Source: Spirochaetota bacterium (GTDB lineage: Bacteria; Spirochaetota; UBA4802; UBA5550). From it: a DNA stretch of 64,000 bases. The position numbers and the translations under genes were made by a program. The DNA is taken from assembly GCA_963664815.2 (NCBI GenBank), contig CAXXHB010000003.1, positions 3,552,001 to 3,616,000 on the forward strand. Reading direction: 5' to 3'. Shown one piece after another: positions 28,160-38,283 of the stretch; the first letter of the stretch is position 1, and every line of letters starts with the position of its first letter. The notes below the pieces were generated by a model. That model saw nothing but the letters and a program-made list of their open reading frames with translations, was not told where the DNA came from and ran no database searches.

Positions 28160-29911
28160 CTATTTCTGCGGGATTTCTAAAATATACCGTGTACCGTTGC
28201 TGCTTTCACATCTTATATTCCCCTCCAGTTGTTCAGTAAGCATGTTAACCAGCTGAATTCCGAATCCTTCAGATTTTTTTATATCAAAGTCTCCGGATAG
28301 TCCACATCCATCATCGCTGATTTCAGCAATTAGCCGTTTATCTTTAATATACGCTTTAAGCTCAATTACCCCTTTTTCCTTTTGTTGAAAAGCATATTTC
28401 ATTATATTTGTAAGAAGTTCATTTATAAGAATTCCAAGAGGAAACAGTTTATCCGGTCCGAATGTAACATCAGCAATATCTTTTCTCAAGGTAACCTGTT
28501 TATTATTCGGGAAGAGTGCTATTATATCATCCGCCAGAACCGACAGATATTCTTTTATAGATAATTCCTTTATATTGGTTTTAAGATATAGTTTATCATA
28601 CAAAACCATCATACTTTGCACCCGTGATTCGGCAACCTGCAATGCCATCACTGCAACAGGGTCCTGCACTGCGCTTTGCTGCAGCATTAAAAAATTCTGT
28701 ATTGTATACATGTTGTTTTTGATTCTGTGATGTACCTCTCTTAAAATCAGCTCATTCTCCTTGAGCAACAAATTAACCTTCTCTTCAGCCAGTTTTCGTT
28801 CTGTAACATCATGGATTATTGAAAAAAGAATGGATTTTCCTTTTAATATAACCGGCGATACATATACTTCAACTGTCCGGATTTCACCATTTAAAAGTTT
28901 GTGAGGGAAGGTATAATAATTACGCTCTTCAGTTTTAGCACGTTTCATTTCTGTTTTTATTTCATCCAGTGGAAGCATATTTATGTCAGCAATTGACATA
29001 TTACGCAGAACTTTTAAATCATATCCATAAAACTTTGAAGCCGCTTCGTTGGCATTTATTATTTTGCCTCTCTCCGGTTCTATCAGCATCATCACAGCCA
29101 TATGCTGTTTAAATATCTGCCTGAATATTTCTTTATTTTCGTTTATAGTATCCTGCATTTTTTTCCATTCAGTAATATCCTCAATTATAACAAGTACACC
29201 TGTTAAATCATTGCCTGAATTTTTAACAGGTGTAAAATGTATTCTGACTGGTCTAGTATTTTCAGCTGTAACCGAATGATATGTGTCTTCGTAAAAACTG
29301 ATTTCTCCTGCCAGCGCTTTTTTTATTGCCGTTACCAGTTTAACATCTGTCAATTCAAGTGTATTAAAACCTGTCATCATAGACTGTGAAGTCCCTAACA
29401 TTTTCAGAAACATATCATTATATTCACGAAGTATTCCGCCAGCATCCAGCTGTGCTATACCATAAGGCGACTGCGTTATCAATGCATTATATCTTTCTTC
29501 ATATTTATTAAGCAGGTTTCGCTGTGTATTAACTGTTTCATATGTTTTATAAAATCTGAAAGCTGTATCAACAGATAATTGAAGGAGATGAATTCCCGAG
29601 CTTTTTAGTACATACCCGTAGTGCGGAATATTCCGCACTTTATCAACATACTTCTTTTCATTATGTAATGTATAAAAAATGACAGGGATTTCGTAATCTT
29701 TCAATATATGGCGTGCAATATCAATTCCATTAAAGCCTTCACCAGATTCAATCTCCATAATAATAAGATCTATACTGTTATCAGAGATAATCTTAAGCGC
29801 TTCATCTCCGGATTGAACTGTTATAACTTCATAATCAATACTGCTGATTGCCTCAGCTGTATTCAACAGAGTCTCCGGGTCAGCATCTATTAAAAGAATT
29901 TTTTTATTCAA
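28160..29911 (-). CDS. Sensor kinase (REC-like-PAS-PAS-HisKA_2)
   Basis: Degenerate receiver domain (LIIMEI, Glu where Asp is expected); two PAS domains; EVHHRIKNN; DDG.G. Confidence 0.9.
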   Translation of the reverse strand: MNKKILLIDADPETLLNTAEAISSIDYEVITVQSGDEALKIISDNSIDLIIMEIESGEGFNGIDIARHILKDYEIPVIFYTLHNEKKYVDKVRNIPHYGYVLKSSGIHLLQLSVDTAFRFYKTYETVNTQRNLLNKYEERYNALITQSPYGIAQLDAGGILREYNDMFLKMLGTSQSMMTGFNTLELTDVKLVTAIKKALAGEISFYEDTYHSVTAENTRPVRIHFTPVKNSGNDLTGVLVIIEDITEWKKMQDTINENKEIFRQIFKQHMAVMMLIEPERGKIINANEAASKFYGYDLKVLRNMSIADINMLPLDEIKTEMKRAKTEERNYYTFPHKLLNGEIRTVEVYVSPVILKGKSILFSIIHDVTERKLAEEKVNLLLKENELILREVHHRIKNNMYTIQNFLMLQQSAVQDPVAVMALQVAESRVQSMMVLYDKLYLKTNIKELSIKEYLSVLADDIIALFPNNKQVTLRKDIADVTFGPDKLFPLGILINELLTNIMKYAFQQKEKGVIELKAYIKDKRLIAEISDDGCGLSGDFDIKKSEGFGIQLVNMLTEQLEGNIRCESSNGTRYILEIPQK

Positions 29912-30207
29912 ATTTAAATTATCCGGTTTTTCTTTTTAAATTTAAAATAATATATTAAGCTTTATTATTCGAATTTTTTTCTTTTCTCATTCGGCTATTC
30001 ATTTATACGTTTTAATTTTTTTTAGTGCATTTATTTAAATTTTTAGTTGCTTTTTTAGAGTATTATTACACATAATTTAATTATATAAACGCAATTGATT
30101 ATTTCAATGTGTCCAAAAAGCGGGTTTATTTTTGAAATTGTTAACATCAACCGGGAAAATTTAAGTACAAAGGTTAAGTGATCTGTTTATAATATTTTAT
30201 AATATTA

Positions 30208-30711
30208 TTGAGGGTAAATGTGATGGGATTTATTGACAGGATATCAAAAAATAACGCAAAAGAAAGAATGATTGGTGAAAAGTTAGAATCATATAATTTC
30301 TCTGATAAAGTAAAAGGTAAACCTCTTAATATTGTTTCAGCTAATTTCACAGTTTCACTTGAAAATAAGATTATGGCTTGTGCCGGTATACCTGAATATA
30401 TACAACGGGCTAAACTCGTTGAAGAAAAGATAACAAAGATTAAAGCAGATCTGAAAATAAGGTATGATAAACTGGAAAAGAAATTGGGAAATAATCATGC
30501 CAGGTTTAACAAATCCTGGGAAAGTATATTAAAATCATATAATTTTCAGGAGGTCAATGAATTGATAGAAAAACACAATATGTTTTATCCTCTGGAAGCT
30601 AACCTGAGAATGGATTTTGACAGTAGTGAGTATTTATTAGGTTCAAATATCTGGGAAAAAACTCCCTTATTAAGCGCATCATTAATCCTGGAAGAATTAC
30701 CTTTCTTATAG
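30208..30711 (+). CDS. Hypothetical protein
   Basis: 167-aa ORF; LIEKHN.FYPLEANL segment; no family recognised. Confidence 0.65.
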   Translation: MRVNVMGFIDRISKNNAKERMIGEKLESYNFSDKVKGKPLNIVSANFTVSLENKIMACAGIPEYIQRAKLVEEKITKIKADLKIRYDKLEKKLGNNHARFNKSWESILKSYNFQEVNELIEKHNMFYPLEANLRMDFDSSEYLLGSNIWEKTPLLSASLILEELPFL

Positions 30712-30935
30712 TTATATAAGAAATACGGATTTATACAACCAACCGCTGTCATCTGTTTTAATCCCTGTTTTTCTATACTATCTTTATCGATATTTAATGA
30801 TATTTGCGGCACAGGAAACCTCTTATATAAAAGATATAAAACAGAATACTGACAAAGAAGATGAAAGGTTACTAAGACCAGCGTTAATTTGATGATCTTA
30901 TCTTAAATCGTTTAATTTTGCGACCTACTCCTTTG

Positions 30936-31451
30936 TTATGCGATGTGTGTTTCTTCAATTTTTAACAACATTTTTTTATAAAAAAAATATAAGATTGGTA
31001 ATAAAGAAAATATTAGCCAATGACCTGAAAACATTCGTAATTCTATTAAACTTAATTTATTATATGTTAATTCTGTAATTACTTTAATCTTTCCATGGTT
31101 ATTTTGTATAAACGTTCCTTTTAAAATGCCAGGTGAACCATCTTGTAATAAACTAGAACATATCATAAAGTTTGAAGAAACATATATTATAAATATTAAA
31201 AAAATCATTAACATAATAAGACATTTATTAGGAAAGTATTTGAATAAATCAAATATTTCGACTTTATTTTCATTCTTGAGTTGGTGCTTATTAATATTAA
31301 CTATCATGGTGACAAAACTTAAAAGTATGAAGACGTTCAAAATATAGGAACAACTTAAAATTAGAGAGTACTTTGCAAGTATATATGTTGAAAAATGAAT
31401 TATCGAAGACAAAACAAAAATTATTATAGAATATAAGAAAAAAAATTTCAT
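30936..31451 (-). CDS. Hypothetical membrane protein (very low GC, cassette-like)
   Basis: Several TM segments; R.FSGHW motif. Confidence 0.7.
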   Translation of the reverse strand: MKFFFLYSIIIFVLSSIIHFSTYILAKYSLILSCSYILNVFILLSFVTMIVNINKHQLKNENKVEIFDLFKYFPNKCLIMLMIFLIFIIYVSSNFMICSSLLQDGSPGILKGTFIQNNHGKIKVITELTYNKLSLIELRMFSGHWLIFSLLPILYFFYKKMLLKIEETHIA

Positions 31452-31505
31452 AATTATTTCTTTGCTCTTTTACTTTCAATTTATGATTCTAGAATACTTA
31501 TAGCG

Positions 31506-31610
31506 ATCTGGCAGGTCAGGGAGTTTGCACCCCCTTTTCCCCCTCAGAACCGTACGTGAAAGTTTTACCACAGGCACTTCCTCCGTTCGCCCTTTACACG
31601 GCTCAAGCCG
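31506..31610 (-). ncRNA. Group II intron 3' remnant (domains V-VI)
   Basis: GAGCCGTGTAAAG...AAACTTTCACGTACGGTTCTGAGGGG, followed by the DVI hairpin GGGGGTGCAAACTCCCTGACCTGCCAGAT; no RT ORF. Confidence 0.8.
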
Positions 31611-32018
31611 TCTAAAGCTGATTATACAACCAGCCGCTGTTATATGTTTGTATTCCCGTTTTTCTATATCTGAAATAATCATAATCTTCTTTTAAAAATG
31701 GGCTCCTGTCAAGATATATCATCCTATGCCGTATAATTTTACTGTGACAGTGTCCCGCAGTAATAAGAATCTCCTCATCAGTACAGAAAGTTTAAGTACC
31801 TGTTACCTATGCGTTTTAAAAGTACCGGTTTTTATGCCATGAGGAATTTTTTTCATAGGGTGTCTGCTCCATAGTGCCCTAAAAAGAACAGTGCCGAGTT
31901 TTTAAAGGCTTCCGCTGAAACCATTCCCGGGTGTAAGAGACCGGCATTGAAAACTCTTCATTATCTGAATATCAGTAAATCAATTAAATATACCTGTATT
32001 CGGGAAATATGGTTTGAC

Positions 32019-32040
32019 AAATAAACCGTTTGGTTTATTT
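32019..32040. promoter_or_regulatory. TetR operator 1, overlapping a promoter
   Basis: aaataaacc-gttt-ggtttattt directly after TTGACA (32014-32019). Confidence 0.7.
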
Positions 32041-32047
32041 TGACAAT

Positions 32048-32638
32048 ATGGATAAAGCAGAACGTACAAGAAATTATATAATTGAAGCAGCCGCTCACGT
32101 ATTTAATAAAAAGGGATACAAGGGAACATCCTATTCGGATATAGTTGAAAGCAGCGGTATTTCCAAAGGCGCAATTTATGGGCACTTTGAGAACAAAGAT
32201 GAACTCGCCCTGGCTGCCCTTGATCACAATCTTAAACTGGCTTCAAAAATTATTTTTTCAAATGTAAAGAGCAGAAACAACTCCTATGAAAAACTTATTG
32301 GATTTGCTCAATCATACAGCTTGTTCTATGAAATAATAAGCAATGCCGGCGGCTGCCCGGTCATTAATGCTGCTGTTGACTCTGATGATGGCCACAATGA
32401 GGTCAGGAAAAGGGTTACTAAATTTATTATAATGTGGCAGAATTCTGTAAAAAAAATTGTAAATGAAGGGATTCAAAATGGAGAGCTTAAACAATCCCCT
32501 GAAGTCACAGTTTTTTGTGATATATTCATTTCCCTGGTCGAAGGGGGAATAATGCTTTCAAAAGTAATGAATGACAGGAAATATATTGATGATGCATCAA
32601 ATTTCCTGGTATCTCTGGTTGAAAAGTTTAAAGTATAA
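32048..32638 (+). CDS. TetR/AcrR-family regulator (LmrA/NemR-like)
   Basis: F.KKGY.GTS..DI....GISKGAIYGHF.NKDEL; GGCPV.N. Confidence 0.93.
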   Translation: MDKAERTRNYIIEAAAHVFNKKGYKGTSYSDIVESSGISKGAIYGHFENKDELALAALDHNLKLASKIIFSNVKSRNNSYEKLIGFAQSYSLFYEIISNAGGCPVINAAVDSDDGHNEVRKRVTKFIIMWQNSVKKIVNEGIQNGELKQSPEVTVFCDIFISLVEGGIMLSKVMNDRKYIDDASNFLVSLVEKFKV

Positions 32639-32645
32639 TTTTTAT

Positions 32646-32679
32646 GCGTATAAATAAACCGATCAGTTTATTTATACGC
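32646..32679. promoter_or_regulatory. TetR operator 2, upstream of the dehydrogenase
   Basis: gcgtataaataaac-cgatca-gtttatttatacgc; same TAAACC-N4-(G/A)GTTTA core as operator 1. Confidence 0.65.
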
Positions 32680-32710
32680 TATTTAATAAATATTAAAGAG
32701 GAGCAAAAGC

Positions 32711-33871
32711 ATGAAAAACTTTCAATTTGTGAATCCGACAAAAATTATTTTCGGCAAAGGCGAAATAAGAAGGCTTTCAAAAGAAATCCCGGCAGGAAGC
32801 AAGGTGCTGGTGATCTTTGGCGGTGGAAGTATAAAAAAAACCGGGCTTTTTAATTCAATAATGGAAGAACTGAAAGACTTTAAAACAGGTGAGTTCGGCG
32901 GGATTGAACCCAATCCGACATATGAAACATTGATGAAGGCCGTGGAGCTGATTAAAAGCGAGGGATATAATTACCTCCTTGCAGCAGGAGGGGGCTCGGT
33001 AATTGACGGTACTAAATTTATCGCAGCAGCAGTAACATCAACACATGATGATCCATGGAAACTTGTTACTGATAACCGCGCGGTAAGTAAAGCTTTGCCT
33101 TTTGGCGTTGTGTTAACTCTCCCGGCAAGCGGTTCTGAAATGAACAGCGGCGCTGTTATAACAAGAAAATCAATCCAGACTAAACTTCCATTTTTCGGTC
33201 CTGCGGTCTTACCAAGGTTTTCAATACTCGATCCGGTTTACACCTACACTCTGCCTGAAAAACAGATTGCTAACGGAGTGGTTGATTCATTTATCCATAT
33301 TATGGAGCAGTATCTGACATTTCCGTCTGAAGCAAAAGTTCAGGACCGTTTTTCCGAAGGACTGCTGCACACATTGATAGAAGAGGGGCCAAAGGCTTTG
33401 AAGGATAAAGAAAACTATGATATACGGGCAAATATTATGTGGTGTGCAACTATGGCATATAACGGCCTTATCGGATGTGGTGTTCCGCAGGACTGGTCAA
33501 CGCATATGATAGGCCATGAAATTACAGTTCTATACGGTTTAGATCATGCAGAAACACTGGCGATTGTATTCCCGTCAATGCTTGAAGTTATGAAAGGAGA
33601 AAAGAAAGAAAAACTTTTACAGTATGGCGGGAGAATATGGAATTTGGATATCTCCCTGCCTGAAGAAGACAGAATAGCTCTTGCTATCAGTAAAACCAGG
33701 GATTTCTTCGAGAAGATGGGACTTAAGACACATTTCTCCGGCCATAAACTTGGGAATGAAGCGGTTGATATGATAATAGCAAACCTGAAATCTCACGGTA
33801 TGGTTAAACTCGGTGAGAATGGAACCGTGATACCTGATGTGGCACGTAAAGTTTTAGAGTTGAGTTTATAA
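32711..33871 (+). CDS. Iron-containing NAD(P)H-dependent alcohol/aldehyde dehydrogenase (YqhD/Bdh-like)
   Basis: NPTKIIFGKG, GIEPNP, GGGSVIDGTK, GSEMN, QDWSTHMIGHE, LDHA. Confidence 0.93.
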   Translation: MKNFQFVNPTKIIFGKGEIRRLSKEIPAGSKVLVIFGGGSIKKTGLFNSIMEELKDFKTGEFGGIEPNPTYETLMKAVELIKSEGYNYLLAAGGGSVIDGTKFIAAAVTSTHDDPWKLVTDNRAVSKALPFGVVLTLPASGSEMNSGAVITRKSIQTKLPFFGPAVLPRFSILDPVYTYTLPEKQIANGVVDSFIHIMEQYLTFPSEAKVQDRFSEGLLHTLIEEGPKALKDKENYDIRANIMWCATMAYNGLIGCGVPQDWSTHMIGHEITVLYGLDHAETLAIVFPSMLEVMKGEKKEKLLQYGGRIWNLDISLPEEDRIALAISKTRDFFEKMGLKTHFSGHKLGNEAVDMIIANLKSHGMVKLGENGTVIPDVARKVLELSL

Positions 33872-34183
33872 AAGTGATTACAGATTCAGGCTGATAAAAT
33901 TACAGCTTAAGGAATTTATATCAATTTAAAATTTTTGCAGATTGGCGACGATGCAAAAGCAGCAACTATAACAATCAACAGGCCCGGTGGGGATACAGAT
34001 TATAATTAAATAAAGTAAAATATTCCCGAAGACACACGATCTTCGGGATACATACAGGATTGTAAAAATAAAATCAGAGGATATTCAGCTGATATTATTT
34101 TAGACTACTCAAATTTTTTAATATGTTACTTTTTCAACAGACTCCTTTGTTATATGAAGAACACGTGCTTATACATATAAGTA

Positions 34184-35155
34184 TTAGACTAACTTACCTT
34201 TTGAAAAATTTACTACACCAAAAGATGTTAAACATTTATACATCAAAAAATTGATAGATTGTTTTAAGCTGTAATTTCCATGATTTCTTGGGCCAATCAT
34301 AATACTTTCAAAAATATCTGATAGCTCTCTTTGTTTTGGTAGATTATATGGAGAATCAGTTTCAAATATTATTTTATAAACTGTTTTGATTATATTCCCT
34401 TTCATAACCGGATGAATATTTTTGTTACCTGGACCTTCTGCAATTATTAAAATTCTCCATTCGGCTTCTTCTTGATGAAAATCGGCTTTAATCATTGAAG
34501 CGAAAATATATATCATTGAAATAAAATAATTTTTAAAGAAAACCTCATCATAGTCATTTGTTGTTTCAATAAATTTGTGGTATGCTTCTTCAAGAAAATT
34601 ACTTACTAGCGATTTAAAATTCTTAATTTGAATTGAAGATTCTACATATTCGCCGTTAAAATAATTAATAGGAAATAAATAACAAAAATAAGTGGAATTA
34701 CTTCTGGTTTTGATATTTTCAATTAATTTTTTTGTAATCATTTTAAATGATAAACCTCCTCCATTATCCCCATAGTTTATCCATTGTGAAAGGGAGTCTT
34801 CTTTTTGTGATAATGAAAAGATAAAAGTAGGTTTATCATAAAAAAAATATTCTTGAAATAACGGAGCTTCTTCATGAAGCTCTAGGACTTTAATAATTTC
34901 ATCACAGTATTTGTTTTTTTCGTTAATCAATATATTTTTAATAACTTTAACACCAAAACTTACTTCTGTGGGATCATTCATATCCTTAATATTCGATAAC
35001 CATAGCTCTCCATTATTGATAATATTAAAAACACTATTTTGAGACGAGTAATGATATAAGTAATCTGGAATTTTATCTATAAATTCAAAAGCTGTAAATA
35101 GTTCATTTGCTTTATTGATAAATTCCCCAATCATTTTGATTACTTTAAGTTCCAT
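34184..35155 (-). CDS. DUF2971-like protein (low GC, cassette-like)
   Basis: LYHYSS, LWLS....MNDP.E, FSLS...DSLSQW..YG..G.G, K......E.EWR, IMIGP. Confidence 0.75.
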   Translation of the reverse strand: MELKVIKMIGEFINKANELFTAFEFIDKIPDYLYHYSSQNSVFNIINNGELWLSNIKDMNDPTEVSFGVKVIKNILINEKNKYCDEIIKVLELHEEAPLFQEYFFYDKPTFIFSLSQKEDSLSQWINYGDNGGGLSFKMITKKLIENIKTRSNSTYFCYLFPINYFNGEYVESSIQIKNFKSLVSNFLEEAYHKFIETTNDYDEVFFKNYFISMIYIFASMIKADFHQEEAEWRILIIAEGPGNKNIHPVMKGNIIKTVYKIIFETDSPYNLPKQRELSDIFESIMIGPRNHGNYSLKQSINFLMYKCLTSFGVVNFSKGKLV

Positions 35156-35644
35156 GTTTTTCTTCTTTTGATTTAAGTTTATATTACAAAAAGTCACACG
35201 CGTTTTTCATACAACGTTAAGAATAGTACCTTAATCCATCTTCTCCGATTGAGATACTCTTCAAGTTGGCCGGCTTTTTTACAACATCACTTCGACGCCG
35301 CTAATGTCGATGCAGCTCAATACAGGCAGTGCATCGCCTGTTATATGCCGACAGGGGGTCACTGAGCCAGCCGAAGTGCAAACGTCATGTTTGCTCGACA
35401 GAACCGCCTGAACAACAGCCCGACACAATATTAATGGATTTTAAATTACCGGATTTATAATTGCAAGAATAATTCGTATGTTGAAATTTGAATAAATAAA
35501 CAATTGCATCTTTATAACAACCAATATATCTGCTTTTAAATTACTGTTAAACGATACTTTCCGGAATAAATTATCATTATTTCTCAGTTATCAGAATAAA
35601 AGTATCCCTTCATGGTCTTTTTATAGTTCCATAATCATAGTATT

Positions 35645-35908
35645 AATCTGCAGATAATAATCTACAACCGCCCTGGTTTGCCGGAGGTGAACGATACTTC
35701 ACCGGTTCAGGAATCTCTTCCACTACAAGCCTTCCTGTTTTGCATGCAGGGCAGCATGAAAGATCTTTACCTGTGACGCGCAGATAGATTTCACTCCATG
35801 TCTGCGGTATACATTCATTCTTCTTTTGAATTTCTTAAAACTCACACATGCCTCAACAGCCTTCTTTTTGTTTCTGTGTGATTGAATTCCGAAGTACCAA
35901 CAGGGCAA
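35645..35908 (-). pseudogene. IS91-family (Y2) transposase C-terminal remnant
   Basis: YFGIQSHRNKKKAVEAC, then in another frame TWSEIYLRVTGKDLSCCPACKTGRLVVEEIPEPVKYRSPP, typical of IS91-like C-termini. Confidence 0.7.
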
Positions 35909-36114
35909 ACAATCCTGCCCTTTGCCGGATGTTTCTTGGTCAGCCTCTGGCGGAGCAGAATGAGTTATTCAAAGAGCTTCCTGAGGATACAACATTTCTG
36001 TTGTGGAAATATTTCAGGAACTGTTTTGATACTTTAGAAAAGTACTTGCATTTTAAAATATTCCTGTTGTATTGTAATACATGCTATGAATTGAATATAA
36101 ATAAGGTGATTATT

Positions 36115-36552
36115 ATGAGGAATGTTTTATTCTCTATATTGTTCTTTTCATTTTTAATTATATTGCCAGGGTGTGGCAATTCTCCGGTAGAAGATGGTTA
36201 CTGCAGAATTTTGTCAAATATGTCAGATACTGCCGATAAATTACTCATCAAAGCAAAAAATGAAACTAATCCATATATGATTGAACAGATAGGATTTGAA
36301 TATGACAGATGGGCCGGCGTTTACGCTGGAAGTTTAAAAAGTGATTATGGCGAATCAGTAAAAATGAGGGAACTTGCCAAAAGTCAAAAGAAGGCTTTAG
36401 AGGCATATATAGTAAAGGAAGATGCTTTATCAAATTATCTTACTGAACGCTGGGCGAAACTTGCGAAAGAACATTCCGACAAAGCATGGGCGTACGATAA
36501 GGCAGCAAGATTAGTCAGGCAAAGTCGAACCAAGTTTACATTTTCATTGTAG
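36115..36552 (+). CDS. Hypothetical lipoprotein
   Basis: AAGGTG RBS; MRNVLFSILFFSFLIILPGC lipobox. Confidence 0.75.
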   Translation: MRNVLFSILFFSFLIILPGCGNSPVEDGYCRILSNMSDTADKLLIKAKNETNPYMIEQIGFEYDRWAGVYAGSLKSDYGESVKMRELAKSQKKALEAYIVKEDALSNYLTERWAKLAKEHSDKAWAYDKAARLVRQSRTKFTFSL

Positions 36553-36557
36553 CTGTT

Positions 36558-37082
36558 TTTACATCATCCGGGAATATCCATTCCCGGAATACAAATCCAT
36601 TTCATAATACACCTTTTTATGCAACACAGGTTTATTAACCGTTTCATCCATTTTTACTTCAACAGATCCCGCCCCTTTATACATCCTCTGTGCAGGAATA
36701 AAAAATCCATTATCCCTATTGAAACCAGCGCACTCTTAAAACCTTTATCTTTCTGTATATTTACTGCAATCCTCATCTGATCAATCCCCAGACCAATCCC
36801 TTTATAAACAGCTATAATGCAATTATGCCCTATTTCAGCAACCGGATATTTCACGGGATTCCAGCTGCACATCCCAGCAATGTTTTCATTATACCCGGAT
36901 AAGAATGAACAGTTATCCTCTGCTTCAGGATTGTCATAAAAAAAGGCATCACACTCTCTGAAATAACGATAATTATCATCACGGTATTGAAGATACTCTT
37001 TATGCAATGGCTCATATGCTTCAACAAGCAGCATTTCAATTGTCCCCTTCGGATATTCCAGTATGGATTTTACTATGAGCAT
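36558..37082 (-). pseudogene. GNAT acetyltransferase, frameshifted in a poly-T run
   Basis: IGHNCI...YKG.GLG motif A; motif B (IPAQRMYKGAG) continues in a different frame after ~36705. Confidence 0.65.
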
Positions 37083-37223
37083 AAATTCTTCTTTTATATA
37101 TAAGTTTCATGTGGCAAGCTGCTGCGGATCGGGTGAACAGCCAGGTCGCTGTTAAGTTACAGCCCGTTTAATAAAACAACCCGTCATATTTTTTCAAAAA
37201 GAGAATATAACCGTTTTGCATAT

Positions 37224-37526
37224 CTATATCAGGTAATGCCCGGCAACAGATATTAATGTTCCAAGTATAACTGACATTGCAGCCATTATCAGCGGTGCTT
37301 TTCTGTCACTCTCATCTCCTGATACAATTAATATAACCGGAAGCGCCAGGCAGAGTGAAATGAAACCACCCTTTAACCACCATGAAAGGAATGGCAGGTT
37401 TATATTCAGAATAACAATTGATACGAAAAAATAATGTATATATGCTGAAACTGTTGATCTTTTATCAAGCTCCTGAATGATCATCGGTAAAATATCAATT
37501 ACACCGGCTATCAAACCAACACCCAT
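37224..37526 (-). CDS. Small hypothetical membrane protein, possibly 5'-truncated
   Basis: G.IAG.IDI.PM, WWLKG; four hydrophobic segments. Confidence 0.65.
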   Translation of the reverse strand: MGVGLIAGVIDILPMIIQELDKRSTVSAYIHYFFVSIVILNINLPFLSWWLKGGFISLCLALPVILIVSGDESDRKAPLIMAAMSVILGTLISVAGHYLI

Positions 37527-37546
37527 TGTTATCTGCTTAATATCTT

Positions 37547-37578
37547 TATACCGCTGATAAAGACCAGCGGTCTTTTTT
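37547..37578. repeat. Dispersed hairpin repeat, copy 2
   Basis: tataccgctgataaagaccagcggtctttttt; compensatory C-G to T-A change relative to copy 1. Confidence 0.6.
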
Positions 37579-37669
37579 GGAAGCTACGTTAAGACTTCTA
37601 TAAGTTATGTAATGTTGGACGGCTTAAAATTCAGAGCCGGCCACGGATGTGAGGCCCTTGAACATTTCA

Positions 37670-38140
37670 CTATTTCTTCAAATCTATTGCTTTCCGAACA
37701 AACTCACCAGGCAATGATGTTCTCCTACAAATATCCTCAACCGTCATTCCTGATTGGAAGTATCGAATTGCTACAGATTCCATTGATTCCCCCACTTCGA
37801 TAATGTGATAATCCAGGTCATAAAATCGCATTACCCTTTGTCCCCATGGCTGCTCTCTTACCTCATGAATAAATTCTACTCCTATTTCTTTCATTTCATC
37901 ACATACCCTGCCGATTTCGTCTGTTTCAAAATATAATTCAAAGTTATTAGATCTCTTCAGGATATTGTTCGGCCCTATCCCTAGCAACTTTTCATAATGT
38001 TCTTCTAGATGAATAGAAAAACCTCCATCAAATTCTATGTTTTCGCCAAAATCGTATTTTACTTTTTGTCCCAACCTCTCATAAAAATCCCTTGATCTTT
38101 GTATATCTTTCACCACTATTAGAGGACAAACGTATTTCAT
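37670..38140 (-). CDS. VOC/glyoxalase-family protein
   Basis: LIVVKDI..SR.FY; ELYFE; EQPWGQRV.RFYD.D.HIIEVGE. Confidence 0.88.
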   Translation of the reverse strand: MKYVCPLIVVKDIQRSRDFYERLGQKVKYDFGENIEFDGGFSIHLEEHYEKLLGIGPNNILKRSNNFELYFETDEIGRVCDEMKEIGVEFIHEVREQPWGQRVMRFYDLDYHIIEVGESMESVAIRYFQSGMTVEDICRRTSLPGEFVRKAIDLKK

Positions 38141-38283
38141 TTTCTTACCCCACATTCTTTCTTTTAAAAGACCGGCGCCTATGGATGGGCGCACCACTCG
38201 TCCAATTTTATATAACTTTTTCTTATCCGCATTGTGCATAAGAAGCTATAAAACCATGAAAAGCGCTGTATTTCACGTAAGAA

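Noticed and set aside
31476-31682. 68-aa minus-strand ORF
   Set aside because: Translation of intron DV/DVI sequence (LEPC...KLSRTVLRG), a common spurious ORF
31690-31960. Possible further transposase remnant
   Set aside because: Looks like decayed coding sequence, but no motif could be assigned by eye
35848-36114. N-terminal extension of the 234-aa ORF
   Set aside because: Overlaps the IS91 remnant; the RBS and lipoprotein signal begin at 36115
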